Shown piece after piece: positions 1 to 12,500 of a DNA stretch of 64,000 bases. The translations under genes and the position numbers were made by a program. The stretch spans positions 4,216,001 to 4,280,000 of the forward strand of contig NC_134029.1 of the NCBI RefSeq assembly GCF_964204645.1. The letters are read 5' to 3'. The notes under the pieces were generated by a model. It saw only the letters and a program-made list of their open reading frames with translations, did no database searches and was not told the DNA's origin. Origin of the DNA: Tubulanus polymorphus. Lineage: Eukaryota; Animalia; Nemertea. Each line of letters begins with the position of its first letter. The stretch's first letter is position 1.

Positions 1-70
1 ACTGGCCAACATAGTTATTGTCATTATCTGTTTGAATTGAACGTAACAAAATGTGAATGTATTTTTGCAG

Positions 71-385
71 CCTCCGTCTGGTGGTGATGGACACGTGCCG
101 TCATTTGCTCAGTCGCGATCGAGAAATAATAGTCAGTCGGAATCCGGTAACCGATCGCGCAAACAATCGGAATCATCGGCGGGACGACAACGTCACTCGA
201 GTCACGAGTCGGGACGACGACACTCGAACAACCAGTCGGATAAAACTCATCGTAAAACTAGTCAGTCGAAGAAAACATCGTCATCCAACAACCAACAACA
301 ACCACAACCTTCATCAGAAACTAGCTCAACAACTAACCACACATCAACCAGTACCAGTACTGCTCAGTCGAAGAAACCTAGCAGT

Positions 386-418
<33 letters not shown>

Positions 419-538
419 GCGCAGTCAGCGGATAAAACTAAAGCGGAAAAGACGCGCACGACGTCGACATCTAAAACGACGACCACAACCGGCGGTAAAA
501 AAATCGACAACAAAACTACTGAAAAACCGGCGAAATAA
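71..538 (+). CDS. Terminal coding exon of an unidentified gene entering from the left; Ser/Thr/Gln/Lys-rich low-complexity C-terminal tail
   Basis: Acceptor gtatttttgcag ends at 70; open frame PPSGGDGHVPSFAQSRSR...TTEKPAK* to 538; includes an (AGC)n poly-Ser tract at ~379-416. No identifiable domain. Confidence 0.6.
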
Positions 539-2839
539 ATCGACATCCCGACTGACGAACTGAAATTCCAGCTCTTCCGCGAATGAGAATAAATTAGTCG
601 ACGGTTCTTCTTTCGAACTATTTGAACGGACGTGATTGTTGTTGTTTCGCTAATTAGTACGACGATGCACGATCGGCGTAAATCGCGGTGACCCTTTCTT
701 CACGCGTCGTGTCGCGTGCGGCGCGCCGGTGGCAGACGGGTCGTCGACTCCGCGCGTTCCGGTCGACATCGACGATCAGTGAAGAAAGGGTTAATTTGAA
801 TGAAGAGAACGACGAATATATTCGAGTATATATATATCATAATCGATACCGATTGAAAGTTTACCGATTCAGATTCGACTGCGTTCGATCCACAGGTGGC
901 GCTGCTTCATTAACATCCGGGAAACGAATCAAAACCACGCGGGGCATTTATGCGCGATACGACGAGGACTAAAACGTCACACACGCAGTCGACTGCCAGT
1001 ACAATACATACATAACGTGCTTTGTTTTATTCACCGTATTAATGTTGATATATTATACGAAAAAAAAACAGATGAATTATTGGTGACACCGAAATAAACC
1101 CCTTCAATATTGTGATATTATCATAATTATATATATAAAGATATAAGTAACACTGATTATAATAATAATAGTAATGATTGATGTCGGGAAGATGAATTTT
1201 ATGCCTGTTAAATTATTTTTGCAGAGATAACGATAACGTTGTGTACCTACCCTTGATACGTACGTAATATGATGATGATAACAAACACTGATTATCTCGA
1301 GAGCTGATATTAACGTTTAATATGTACCTATTCGTTCTCGTGTTGTCGCCGTCGTGCAAAAACGATGATGAAAATGTTTTATTTTTTGCTCGCAGGGATT
1401 TTTCGTCGATGAAAATAATGATATCTATATTATACATATATGAATATATTATACACACGCAAATAGGTGTTTGTAACGTATAATGATAATGCATTGTAAA
1501 ACGTATGTGTTTGAAAGCTTTTGAGACGATATTTAAAGCGTAACATATCTTAACTGTGAAATGATTGTTACTGTCCTGATAACTAATGTCTATTCGGGGT
1601 CTTGACGGTTGTATTCATCGCTGCTATGTACGCGTTATGAGGCAATAGTGCTATCGCCCGACGGCGCGGATTTCGTTTTAGTTCAAATGGTCGCGAATAA
1701 TGAGATTTTGTTGATTACGTATAGTTGACCGGAGACCAGTTGGTTAGAGTTAACCAGTGGATAGCTGACATACCGACAATTAAAAGTTTGTTGTTACTTT
1801 GGTACTTATCCGCCAGTTAGCTGAAAATAACTTCTAAGCAACTGGCCATGGTTCGTTATACCGTTAATTATTTTACAGAAGGGCCAAAAGTAATTAGGAT
1901 TAATTAAGGTGTTAGTACGTGGACACCTGTTGAAATGATATGATGATTTAAGGCTGTGAATTCACTAGTGCTTAGTTTTTACTGGTGACTAGTAGGTCGT
2001 AAAGTACGAAACATTCGGCTTTAGAAATGTTTTATATCTTTTTAATGCGGTATAATGAGTTCGATTTAAAAGCGCTGCGACGTGAAAAATCAAAAAGAGT
2101 GTTTCATTTAGATACAGGTGTAAACTGCCAGTCAGTTGTTGGATCCAACTATTGGCCATGTTGTGTTTTTTTCGGTAATGAAAACCTGGCGTTTTATTAA
2201 GTCCTTGCTCAAACTATGAAAACTTTTCATGTTTGGTTTCTTTTAAGTTTCATTAATTGATTTCCGATATATAATCGGAGCCATTTGGTGTACTGTTGAG
2301 TCGAAACAAATATTCATTCGTTGACCGCTGCATTTCATGCGAACGTAGTAAAATGAAAACTAAATAATCATGCTATTTTAGACCCTTCTAGAGATCTCCC
2401 TTTGACATCATCAAATCTCTTGTCATTGGGATGAGGTCACTTGTAGGTTATTTGATGTCATATGAAGATTGAGCAGGCGGCCATCTGGAATGGAAGTTCT
2501 ATAATTAGTCACGGCACCATATCGTTGGTTTATCCACTAATGTTAGTTTATCGTCTCACGGCCCGAGAGTTAAAACAGTAAATTCGATAAACGATCATAA
2601 AATAATGTTACCTATTATTATTATTATTATTAAGTTTGTACATACGGCATTTATAAGTGTAAATATACGACCAACGTATGCGTTTTCGGTTGGTGCCACC
2701 TATCTGTCGTATATTTATACCTGTGAGTGTCGGCGTGGAAAATTTTTTTGTAAATAGTTATTTTTGGCGTGCGCGTGTGTTTCGAGTGGAATTCTAGCGC
2801 TTAATCAGTTTTTGCTTAGTTAGGGTTTGAGATGCGGTC

Positions 2840-2840
<1 letters not shown>

Positions 2841-2912
<72 letters not shown>
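2841..2912. repeat. (TA)n microsatellite
   Basis: Uninterrupted TA dinucleotide run of ~72 bp. Confidence 0.98.
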
Positions 2913-2918
<6 letters not shown>

Positions 2919-4663
2919 TACATTATATATTATTGATTCATGGTAGGTTTTGGTCTCCTCCCTGCATGCAAGAATGATAAGTTGTTGGCAAGACTCGTAC
3001 TCTTATTTGGGATCAAGTGATTTGTTTAATTTAAATCGACATTTATGCCATAAATCTGGTCAAAGTTTGAATATCTACATCTACTTGCCTTAGTATTGAA
3101 AGGAAGCATTATCCATTTGATCGATTTTGATATGGGTAGGCTGCATTTTTTGAAAGCTAAATTATGCGTTGTTTTGATTTCGAAGATTCCGGCTAGATTC
3201 TGTAGACTGTGATTTCTTAGAATTTTATCGACATAATTCAACCAGGTGGTTAGCAATATATTATTTTTGATCTCGGTTCTTTCTTAACGTTGCGCACATG
3301 AATGACACAGAAAAAAATGAATGACTATTGACCGGATGAAGATGTTTAATATAAGGTGTGATGATTATGTTTGTTATATTGCTCTCTATTAGTTGATTAC
3401 TACTTATTTATTTGTCTTACGAGAATCGGATGCGCTTTATTTAATTAACTATTGCCTCAATGAAGAATATGTTTAAAATAATTTGAGGATGTTTTTAAGT
3501 TCGGGTTCGAAATTCAATCACATATCTGGTTTATTCGGGTTGCACAGCTGGCTGCGTAAAGTAATGTTTTAATCGTACTGGTTTATGAATTCCGATAGGA
3601 AGGTGGCGCTCTGTGACCAATAGGTGCCGTCGCTTTATTTGAATTAAAACGGATACTCGCGCGAACTTCTGGTTCAGCTGGATTTCGATTCTACGAATCT
3701 AAAGGGTTGGGTATTTTAATGCGTGGACGTAAATGTTTCTTTGTGACCAGTTTCTGCTCGACCGAAATGATTTTCCCTGGTTCGTTGTACAAATAGTCGC
3801 GTCAAGCTTTATCCGTATTTGTGGGGGAAAAAACCTCATGAACGGCATCAGCTGATTTCGTTTAAAGCTTGATTTTAATAATTTTTTGACTCTGTGTAAC
3901 GTCCTGTCTGCTATAGATGAATGATAAACAAGGTTTTTAGAATACAGCGTCTTGTCAACATTAGAAGAGGCCTTATATCCCCGCGCGGTGACGTACCCCT
4001 TACTACATTAGAAAGGGTCTTTAAATGTAAATATATTCTACTAGATGATATAAATGTGCATTCTCTCACACACTTCTCACAATAATCAAGTAATTAATTT
4101 TTTGTGCATTTAATAATTAATAAACGTTAATCGATACAAACAAAAAAAATTCACAAAAACCTCGGGAAAAGTTTTATTATATCGACGACTAAAAAAAGTA
4201 TATATATATAAATAGATATATAACGTATGATGTCTGGGAATGAGGGGGAAAAAATAACCAAGTGTCGTGTGTCCAGTGAGCATCAATCTCTAGATGTAAA
4301 TCAATCTTACTGCGATGTAGTGGTTTTACTGTTATTTGTGATTTGGGTTTCCGATTGAAAGAATGAATGGACGTATGAATATATTCATCCTAAAGATAAA
4401 TGAAACAAAATGATAACGATATTTTACTAACGGTTTTTTTGCGCAAGATAAAAAAAAATGATGTATAATTATTGTATATGAAGATGATGTGTTGTTTTTG
4501 TGTTTTGGTGAAACTCGCGGCAGTGAGTTGTTGGATCAGTGTGCATTCTCTTCTTTTAGTTTCATCGTAAAAAAAAACGTTATTCGTATTAATCATTATT
4601 AAAACATTGGTCGGTTAGTTTTTGTTATGTTTTCATTAATTCGCGGGTTCGTTACTGCTTTCT

Positions 4664-5118
4664 GTCGCGCGTTTATCCGTACCCTGGTAAACCGGTGTGA
4701 TATACATCTATTTATTGGTTGCCGTTTTTGCCATCGATGTATACGTTAGGCTTAGGCAGGTTATACAGGTGATTGGGTGGGACCGATTCTCGAATGCACT
4801 GTGGCAGATTGCTAATGAATGTATTCAGGTTTTCGGATTACTAACTCGTAACCGGCCGGTTTCGCTGGTTTCCAGATAACGCTACTCCGGTATAGGTAGA
4901 TTGTAATCTGAATAGAATGCGCCAGTGACCGATGGAAACTGGCCTGAATTCCGCAATACACTCAACGCATCGGGAATAGTAACTTACATCACCTGATACA
5001 ATGCCCTACCGCATTTGATTGAAATCTGCCTGGTGCTTTTTTCAATGATTTCTGGATTTGTGATCGCCATTGATACATGGAACTCGCACCGAGGTACCAG
5101 GGTACGGATCAACGTGAC
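4664..5118. mobile_element. ~455-bp fold-back / MITE-like element
   Basis: Left gtcgcgcgtttatccgtaccctggtaaaccggtgtga is the imperfect reverse complement of right tcgcaccgaggtaccagggtacggatcaacgtgac; inner pairs also seen (taggcaggttatacaggtgat / atcacctgatacaatgcccta; attctcgaatgc / gcatcgggaat). Confidence 0.65.
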
Positions 5119-6340
5119 TTACATGTCGGATATTAGGGGTCTAATGTCTTCACTGTATTACATACAATACGTCAAACTAAACATTTAATATAATTCAAAA
5201 TGTGTGTTTAAATGTATATAGGAAACTGATATACAAGTATGATTACACTGAAATATCTACAGTAAATTGAACTAATAATTACTGATTTAGAGGTAATGGA
5301 TATTCTGCCTTAGTACAACACTACTTCACTTCAACTGTTCATCCTTCCACCTATCTCTCTGGCTCTCTCCCTCCCTTCGGCTTCAATGAAAATGTTTAAC
5401 TTTTATGCACACACACAAAGATGTCTTGTGATTTTGTGTTCTCAGTAATGAGTAAAATAGATAAACACCACTCAGTTGAAATGAAAGTAGGGTTTCGTTA
5501 AAACAATTGTTCTTCTTCCAACAATGCCACATGACTGACTAGTGCGTTATTTTGGACTTAGGTCCGGGTTTATATGTTTGTGAAAATATCTAAATAAATG
5601 AGAGAATGGCGATATATATTTTATGTGTGATGGAAGAGCGGCGCTTCGAATCTGTTAAGTCTCGAGGTGGGTTTCGCAAAAAAACTAAACCAAGGATTGT
5701 GAGTTGAGAATTTTTTGGGAAACAGTGGCTCGGATTGTTCGGGTTTGGTCGTAGTCGATACTGGTTGTTGTCAGTCACAGTTGACATTTTCACTATATAA
5801 GGTACCTCGATAAATAGTAGAGATCACAATATGTTGGTTTTTATCTTCAGTCATTCATTTCAACCATTCATCATAGAAAAGGAATTATATTTTGTTATGA
5901 ACAACGCAGCAATTTCGTAAACAGCATTTGAGTTAAAGTGAGAAAAGAACGGTTGCAGCCATTCCAGTGGAAAGGCTGTTTTTGACAATTGGGTAGAATA
6001 TTGTCATTCTTCATTCGTTGGACAACAGTAATTGTGCCATAATAATTATTAACTATTATTAAGTTTTGTTTGATCTGAAAAAAATTTACGTTGTAAACAA
6101 TGTATGTAAACAATACAAAACTGCCACTGACAAATATTGATGAACGTGCTCTGTATTTCTGTATTATAATAAGTTATCTGCTGTCTGGAAGAAGCCGGTT
6201 ATGTCGAAAACTAAGACTCAATTCATACAATAAGCAGTAGCTGAACGATACCGGTTAGATTTGAAATTCATCACTATATTATAAGTAGAGTATTGAAAAG
6301 GTTTTCCTTCCAAGCCCCCGTCCGCAAGAAGAGAAAAATA

Positions 6341-6514
6341 CAGAGGAACCTTGTTGCAGCGAACTTCATGGTACCAGAAAAGCTGTTCGTTATAACCGAT
6401 AGTTCGTTATATCCAGTATGAAATCAATTGAATTTTCTTACTTACGACGAAATTCTATATTTGTTATATCCGATGAATCGTTGTATCCGAGTTCGTTATA
6501 ACGATGTTTCACTG
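6341..6514 (-). mobile_element. Tc1/mariner (pogo/Tigger-like) MITE, copy 1
   Basis: TA then CAG...CTG termini with ttcgttataac subterminal motifs; reverse-complement homolog of 54009-54173 (shared acgaaattctatatttgttatatccgatgaatcg). Confidence 0.8.
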
Positions 6515-7811
6515 TGCGCAGTCTTCTGCTGTTAGCTTCTTACTTCTGAAAGGTCAAATTATCAAAGTCAGCGATTCTTACACAATTTTATTGTCTATAG
6601 CAGGACAGTCTTGGACAGGCGAAAACCTTTTTCGATTGGAGTGATCTTGATGCACAGTTGAGTTGAATGTAAATTTCATTTTTGACGATTCTGTATTTTA
6701 TTGGAAGTCGTGTAAATTTTACATTGCTGGAAAACCACAAGATCGTTAGATAAAAAGTCGCATCTACCCATAGTTTGGGTGACTGTCAAGAAAGTTGAGT
6801 CTACGTATTTTCTTCTTCACGGAATTTCTTTTTTGCTTTGACCATTTCAATGTTGGTGCTCTGACGATATAAATTTAATGAATGCATGCTGTGTAGTCGG
6901 GGCTTTATCCACAGAGAATTTAAGAAAAAAAACTATGTAAATTGTATTATTATCTTGTATTTTCATTCTGTATTCACGAATATAATGATTGCGTATTGTA
7001 GCATACTTGGCTTATAGGGACAAATTCTGTTGGACAAAAAAATAATAAAAAAAAACAAAAAACACCAATTTTCATTCTTTGTCTCATTCATCACTTGTTT
7101 GGTGAGGATTCATTTTGATCCAACTCCAATGCGTATTTATCGTTGAATGGAAGAGAGGATTTCCTTTGGACCCTTCGTATCTCACTCGGACCTTCAATAA
7201 ATACACATAGTGGTGGCATTATGAAGACGGCTCGGGCAGGTGGACTGGGCCGGACTACCACTGATAGAACGTAATTCTTGAAATATTATAACTTCTCAAA
7301 CTCTAAAACCACCGCAATTTGTTTGACTGTCTGTAGATAAGATTGAATTCATGGTATTTTCTGCATATGAAGCAATCGTTTTCTCTAGAAGAAACATATC
7401 CGAAGAGGGCCCTCGAGTTGTAGTTTAGCATTGTTTAGTTGATACTGATGGGCTATAAGGCTCACTGAAAGACCCGTTTTAACTGAACCCAGGCCTGGTG
7501 AGCCTAGTAATAACGCTTCGGGGTCTAAAGCTTATTACTTTAGGAGATAGTTGATTGTCTTTGAATTCGTTTTTTATGTGGAAGTTTGAAGTACCAGTAT
7601 TTACTTTTCTTCATTGTAAGCACCGTTCAAGTATGTTTTTGGCAATTGTTAATTCTGAATACAAAGGAACCTGGAAATGTATGAATCAAAACCTGCTCCT
7701 GTACAGACCATATTTTACCCATTTTTGTCACGTTTAGGTTGACCTTTACATGGCCTTTTTGTCATACAAAAATTGTGTATTTTTCATGAACTTGGCAATA
7801 GACTAGCTGGG

Positions 7812-9210
7812 ATGCCTAAGTACAGGTTACTATATTTTAACGCTCGGGCCAGGGCTGAAATTGCCCGACTACTGTTTGTTTTCGCTGGTATTGACTATGA
7901 AGATGTGAGGTACACTTTATACATCGATGACCCTGAAGAATGGGCAAAGATCAAACCAAGTAAGTTGTCAATATCCTTGGAACCCTCTTCGTCCGGATTA
8001 ATGTAATGGAATTTAGCTGATTTTTTTCTTTTCAGCAATACGGTTCGGTAGGGTTCCAGTGTTAGAGGTTGATGGGAAGCCACTGTCCCAAAGCCTGGCT
8101 ATTACCAATTATTTAGCCCGAGAATTTGGTATGTAGCACACATACATCTTGAGAAATTCTGAGAAAGAATTCTCTAAGCCAAAGTTTGTACATAATAGAC
8201 ATCCTGTTAATTGGTTCGTAGTTTGTCCAAATAGGTATCGTCTGTCGCTACCAAAGACATGGCAGACATCTAGACAGAATGTGATTTGCGACCCCTGGCC
8301 ACCGAGTACCTGAAAATGATATGATGTAGGCCTATTATGGTGGTAATAATGTCTGGTAATCTTTCTATATACGTAGGCTTATCCGGTAAAGATATATGGG
8401 AAGAGGGAAGAACATACGAAGTGTTTTTCACGGCCCAGGAAATCTTGGAGAAGTCGTTTGCGTTAACATTTCTAAGTATTGATTCCAGCAAAATGCCCGA
8501 ACTAAAAAACTACTATGTGAGTATCGACCCATAAACATCAGGGGCCAGTTGCACAGTCGTGACTTAAGTCCAAAAGTGGTCTTAAATCTTAAAACTGGTC
8601 TTAAGTTGTTAGATTGGCTATAGAACTAAGTTGGTCTTAAGCTGGTCTTAAATCTAAGTCATGACTATGCAACCGGCCCCTGGCTTCCTATGGAAGATAG
8701 TTCTGACAACTTAAAGTCTCACAACTTAGCTCTAGTATTAATTGGGTTTTGGGTCTGTATGTTTGGTTTTCCCCTTACAATAAGGAATGAAAAGAAACGT
8801 AAGAAGTTGCAGACGCTACAACAAACTAAAGAAAAAGGATGATTTTTCTTTCAGGCAGAAAAAAGGTCAAAACATTTCGAAACAGACCTTCCAAGATTAT
8901 TCAGCGTTCTTGAGACACTATTGGAAGATCGCGATTATTTCGTTGAATCAGGGGTACGTGTGATTTGTGTAGATTCGATTTGAAAAACATTAGAAAATGA
9001 ATCATAGATTGAGCTTCAAACTTTCAGCTCACAGTGGGCGACCTAAACGTATTTCTGGTCACTGACGAGGTGCTCATGTCGGAGAAGAGAGAAGGCAAGT
9101 TGGCCGACTTCATGGACAATTATCCGAAAATCCTGGCTCACAGAAATCGAATTGCAGCAATTCCAAGCATTGCTGCCTATCTGGCAAGTCGCCCTGTTAC
9201 CCTTTATTGA
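7812..9210 (+). CDS. Glutathione S-transferase, sigma class (220 aa, 5 coding exons)
   Basis: Exons 7812-7959, 8036-8128, 8377-8516, 8855-8953, 9028-9210 join in frame via GT-AG (663 nt). Motifs MPKYRLLYFNARARAEIARLLF, FGRVPVLEVDGKPLSQSLAITNYLAREFG, LTVGDL, YPKILAHRNRIAAIPSIAAYLASRPVT; AATAAA at 9235. Confidence 0.93.
8539..8682. mobile_element. PIF/Harbinger-like MITE in GST intron 3
   Basis: TIRs caggggccagttgcacagtcgtgactta / taagtcatgactatgcaaccggcccctg; internal tggtcttaa repeats. Confidence 0.8.
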
Positions 9211-9563
9211 AAGTACTTGAAGTAAATCTGTTGAAATAAAAGTATTATTCCTGCAGTAGAGTTCTCTTTAATGAGATGACTAACATGATAACTAAGCTAA
9301 AATAAGAGCTAGTAATTTACAAGCAATTTAAGAACTGTTCTAACTGAGGAACCACATCAAATCCAGTTATCCACGACCATATTCTAAGATTATTTCAAAT
9401 TTTCTTTTTGTCTGCTGAACAGAAAAAGGCCACTTCCTTTTGGGGCTTTATCCACATGGGTTCCTCAAAATACCGAACCGAATGGACAATGAACCGAAAA
9501 CAACAAAATATTTCATATGAAACATATAAGATTTCTTTTATTCTTCTTTACGTGAAAAAATAA

Positions 9564-12500
9564 TCATCTTTTACGGAGTTTCTTTGTGTTTGGTTCAGTC
9601 GACTGTTCAGTTATTGGAGACACGCTGAAACCAGCAATCTGCAAATATAAGGCAATTAATCATGTGGTGAATAAAGAAATTTCTATTCACAGTTAAGGAA
9701 ATCAGTAATAGTAATTTTAGTAATTCAATTTCTATGGCGCCCTTTTCTCTATGATACAATGTTCAATGGCGCTTTCAATTAAATTTGTATCATCACCCCA
9801 GCCTATATAACCCATTAATTCTATCAGTCAGCGAAGTAACATCTGAGCAGCTGCTAGGCACTCAGGAGTCATTTATCAGACCAGGTACCCATTAAATCCT
9901 GGGGTGACGAAAGGCAATGAGGAAAAGTGTCTTGCCCGAGGACACTACGGTAATGTAATGGGTTCGAACACATGAATTGGCTGCTTTCCAGACTCTCACG
10001 CTCTAACAACTCGGCCACACCGCTCGAAATTCACTTCAAATCAACTTACATGAGGTTTTACAAGTTCTACTTTCAGTTTCTGATGTTGTACATTACTCCG
10101 ATCGATGCTGACTTGAACGATAACTGGATCAAATATCTGTAATTTCTCACCACTAGAAGCCGTTTGACAGGCATTCTGAAAAAAAAAGTACAGAAAATTT
10201 TACTGTAACCTTAGATTCACTACATATACAGGGTTCTAAGATATCTGCAGTGAGGGCTGTTTCTTACAAGAGGTTCCTTTTACTAATCATTATCAGTAAG
10301 AATATCAAGATACAAATAATCTAAATCCCATAACTATTCAAGAAAAGAGTCAGAATTATGCTTAACCAAATACTAGATAAGATAGAGCCCATTGACTAAA
10401 AGGGCTTTCAGTTAATTAGGTGGCACAATGTCTCTTAAAGAAGATTGACTGAAATCAACAGGCTTAACTATATTCATCATATTTTCGTCAAAATGATCAA
10501 CAAACAAAGTCTTGATCGGCACCAACCTCTTCGTCATAAACAAAAGACACTTTAGAATCTTTCTTATCGAGTTTCAGAGTTCCTTCCAGTCCGTATTTCG
10601 GGATGAGAACCTGTATGGCGTTCTTACGAACGAACAACACGTAGGCTTCTTCATCTTGAACACGTAATTTGAAGAAAAGCTACAAAACAGAAGCAAACAA
10701 ACACGTTTTGCGACAAAGATTAATAAATATACATATCAGAATGTTCATGTTCATATTGTCTTAAAATATCTACCTGTGTATGAAGACCGACAGATGCTCG
10801 GCCGGCGTACTGCGCCATCTTGTGTCGGTAATTCAGATTATTACAGATTTGTTGAGTTTTACGTTTATCGAGTAATTCAGGATACGATGCGTCTGCTCCG
10901 ATTGCTACGGCGAGCAAACGATGAACGATGATATCAGAATACCTGAAACAAATACAACAAACGATGAATGGCGTAGAAATTTTTGTCTAGAAATGTTAAA
11001 GAACTTGTTTAGAAGGGCGGTTTGATAGGCCACAACTTATATATGTTTCTATTCATTCAATTATATCTAGTTCTCTATCAATTCTTGTGTTCGAAATTCG
11101 ACAAAACATGAAAATGAATAGTCAAAGCTGTTTAATTTGGATCAGTTTAACCAGGCTTCTGATCTTATCTGGATATTATTTTCAGCTCAACTATACATCA
11201 ATTGGATTCAAGAGGGTTTTATTGTACCTCCGGATAGGTGAAGTGAAGTGTGTATAGATCGGCGTGGCTAATCCGTAATGTTGATATTCTTCTTTATCGA
11301 CCATCCCACTGCTGAAGTATACGGCTTGCATCATACATCGCGTCGTTACGATACGTAACATTGTGTTGAAGAATGCGTTTTCCTCGATGACTGCTTTATC
11401 TAACGATTCGGCGAGTAATTTACCATTACCAACATTTAAACTGAAGCCCTGAATATAAAAAAAGGTTACTTATATAAAAACTTTTGCAGGGTATATATTT
11501 AACCCTTCCAGTGCATCTATTCTGCAGTGTGGTGTATAGATCGATGACGGACTTTGCTGGATTGATGTTATTAGTAATTAGTTTTGATCTCTAATGAAAG
11601 ATGGCAGCATAGCGGTGTAGATGCATTATAGAGGATGTAGAAATGACAAGGGTGTCAGTCCCTCTAAAATCCCTTGGTGAGAACACTAATGTTGACGCCA
11701 ACTAGATTATAGATTATATTGTTGCTTACCATGATTTGTGCAGCGCGTAAAAGTGGCTCAAAATTCGATGGTGGAGGTGAAGGATGTCGCCGTAGCAGCG
11801 CACAATCGGAGAATTCTTGCAGAATCTTTTGTGCTACAGATATATTTGCTAACAACATGAATTCTTCTACCATTGAGTTTGTCTCCCTAGAAATATAGAA
11901 ATTTTACCATTTTGAAATGTTCAAGTTACTGGCAAAATGACAACTATAATATCAACCAACAAACCTCAATTCTTTACACTGTACATCAATCGGATCCGCA
12001 GTTTCACTATCAACTTCGAACCGAATTTCAGATGAAGCCAAGGTCAATGCTCTGAAAAAGTCAAGTACATAGGTCAAATTTAGCCTTGTTATACAGGTCG
12101 CAGTTTTCATCAAATGATTCATTCGTCGTATCACTTCCCATGACTTGGGTCCAGAATCACTGGCACACTCACCCATTTTCAATTCGTTTCTGTTTAAGGA
12201 TTTTCGCTAATGAATTCAGTCGTCTCAGACTATTAGACAATTCATCATTTCTTGATTTATCATCTATTATCACTTGAGCCTCTCCATAGGTCAGTGACGC
12301 CTGTATAAATCATAGAAAACACAATATACCTCAATATTCAAGAATAAATAAGCCTCTGAAATGATTATTGCCATTTCTAAGGATATTTTAGGACCCTGTA
12401 CCTTTGAATGGATGACTGTTTTCATGAATTTGGTGTTGACGGTCTTAGCTTCAGGAGTCACTTCCCAAAGAACAGAAAATGCAAATCTGAAATGAATATT

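Noticed and set aside
57-563. Overlapping alternative-frame 168-aa ORF
   Set aside because: Shadow of the low-complexity exon; the Ser/Thr-rich frame was preferred, although the true frame cannot be proven without the upstream exon.
890-905. CTCF-like core AGGTGGCGC (also at ~3601)
   Set aside because: Only the 3' half of the consensus matches; not distinguishable from chance in a probable 3' UTR.
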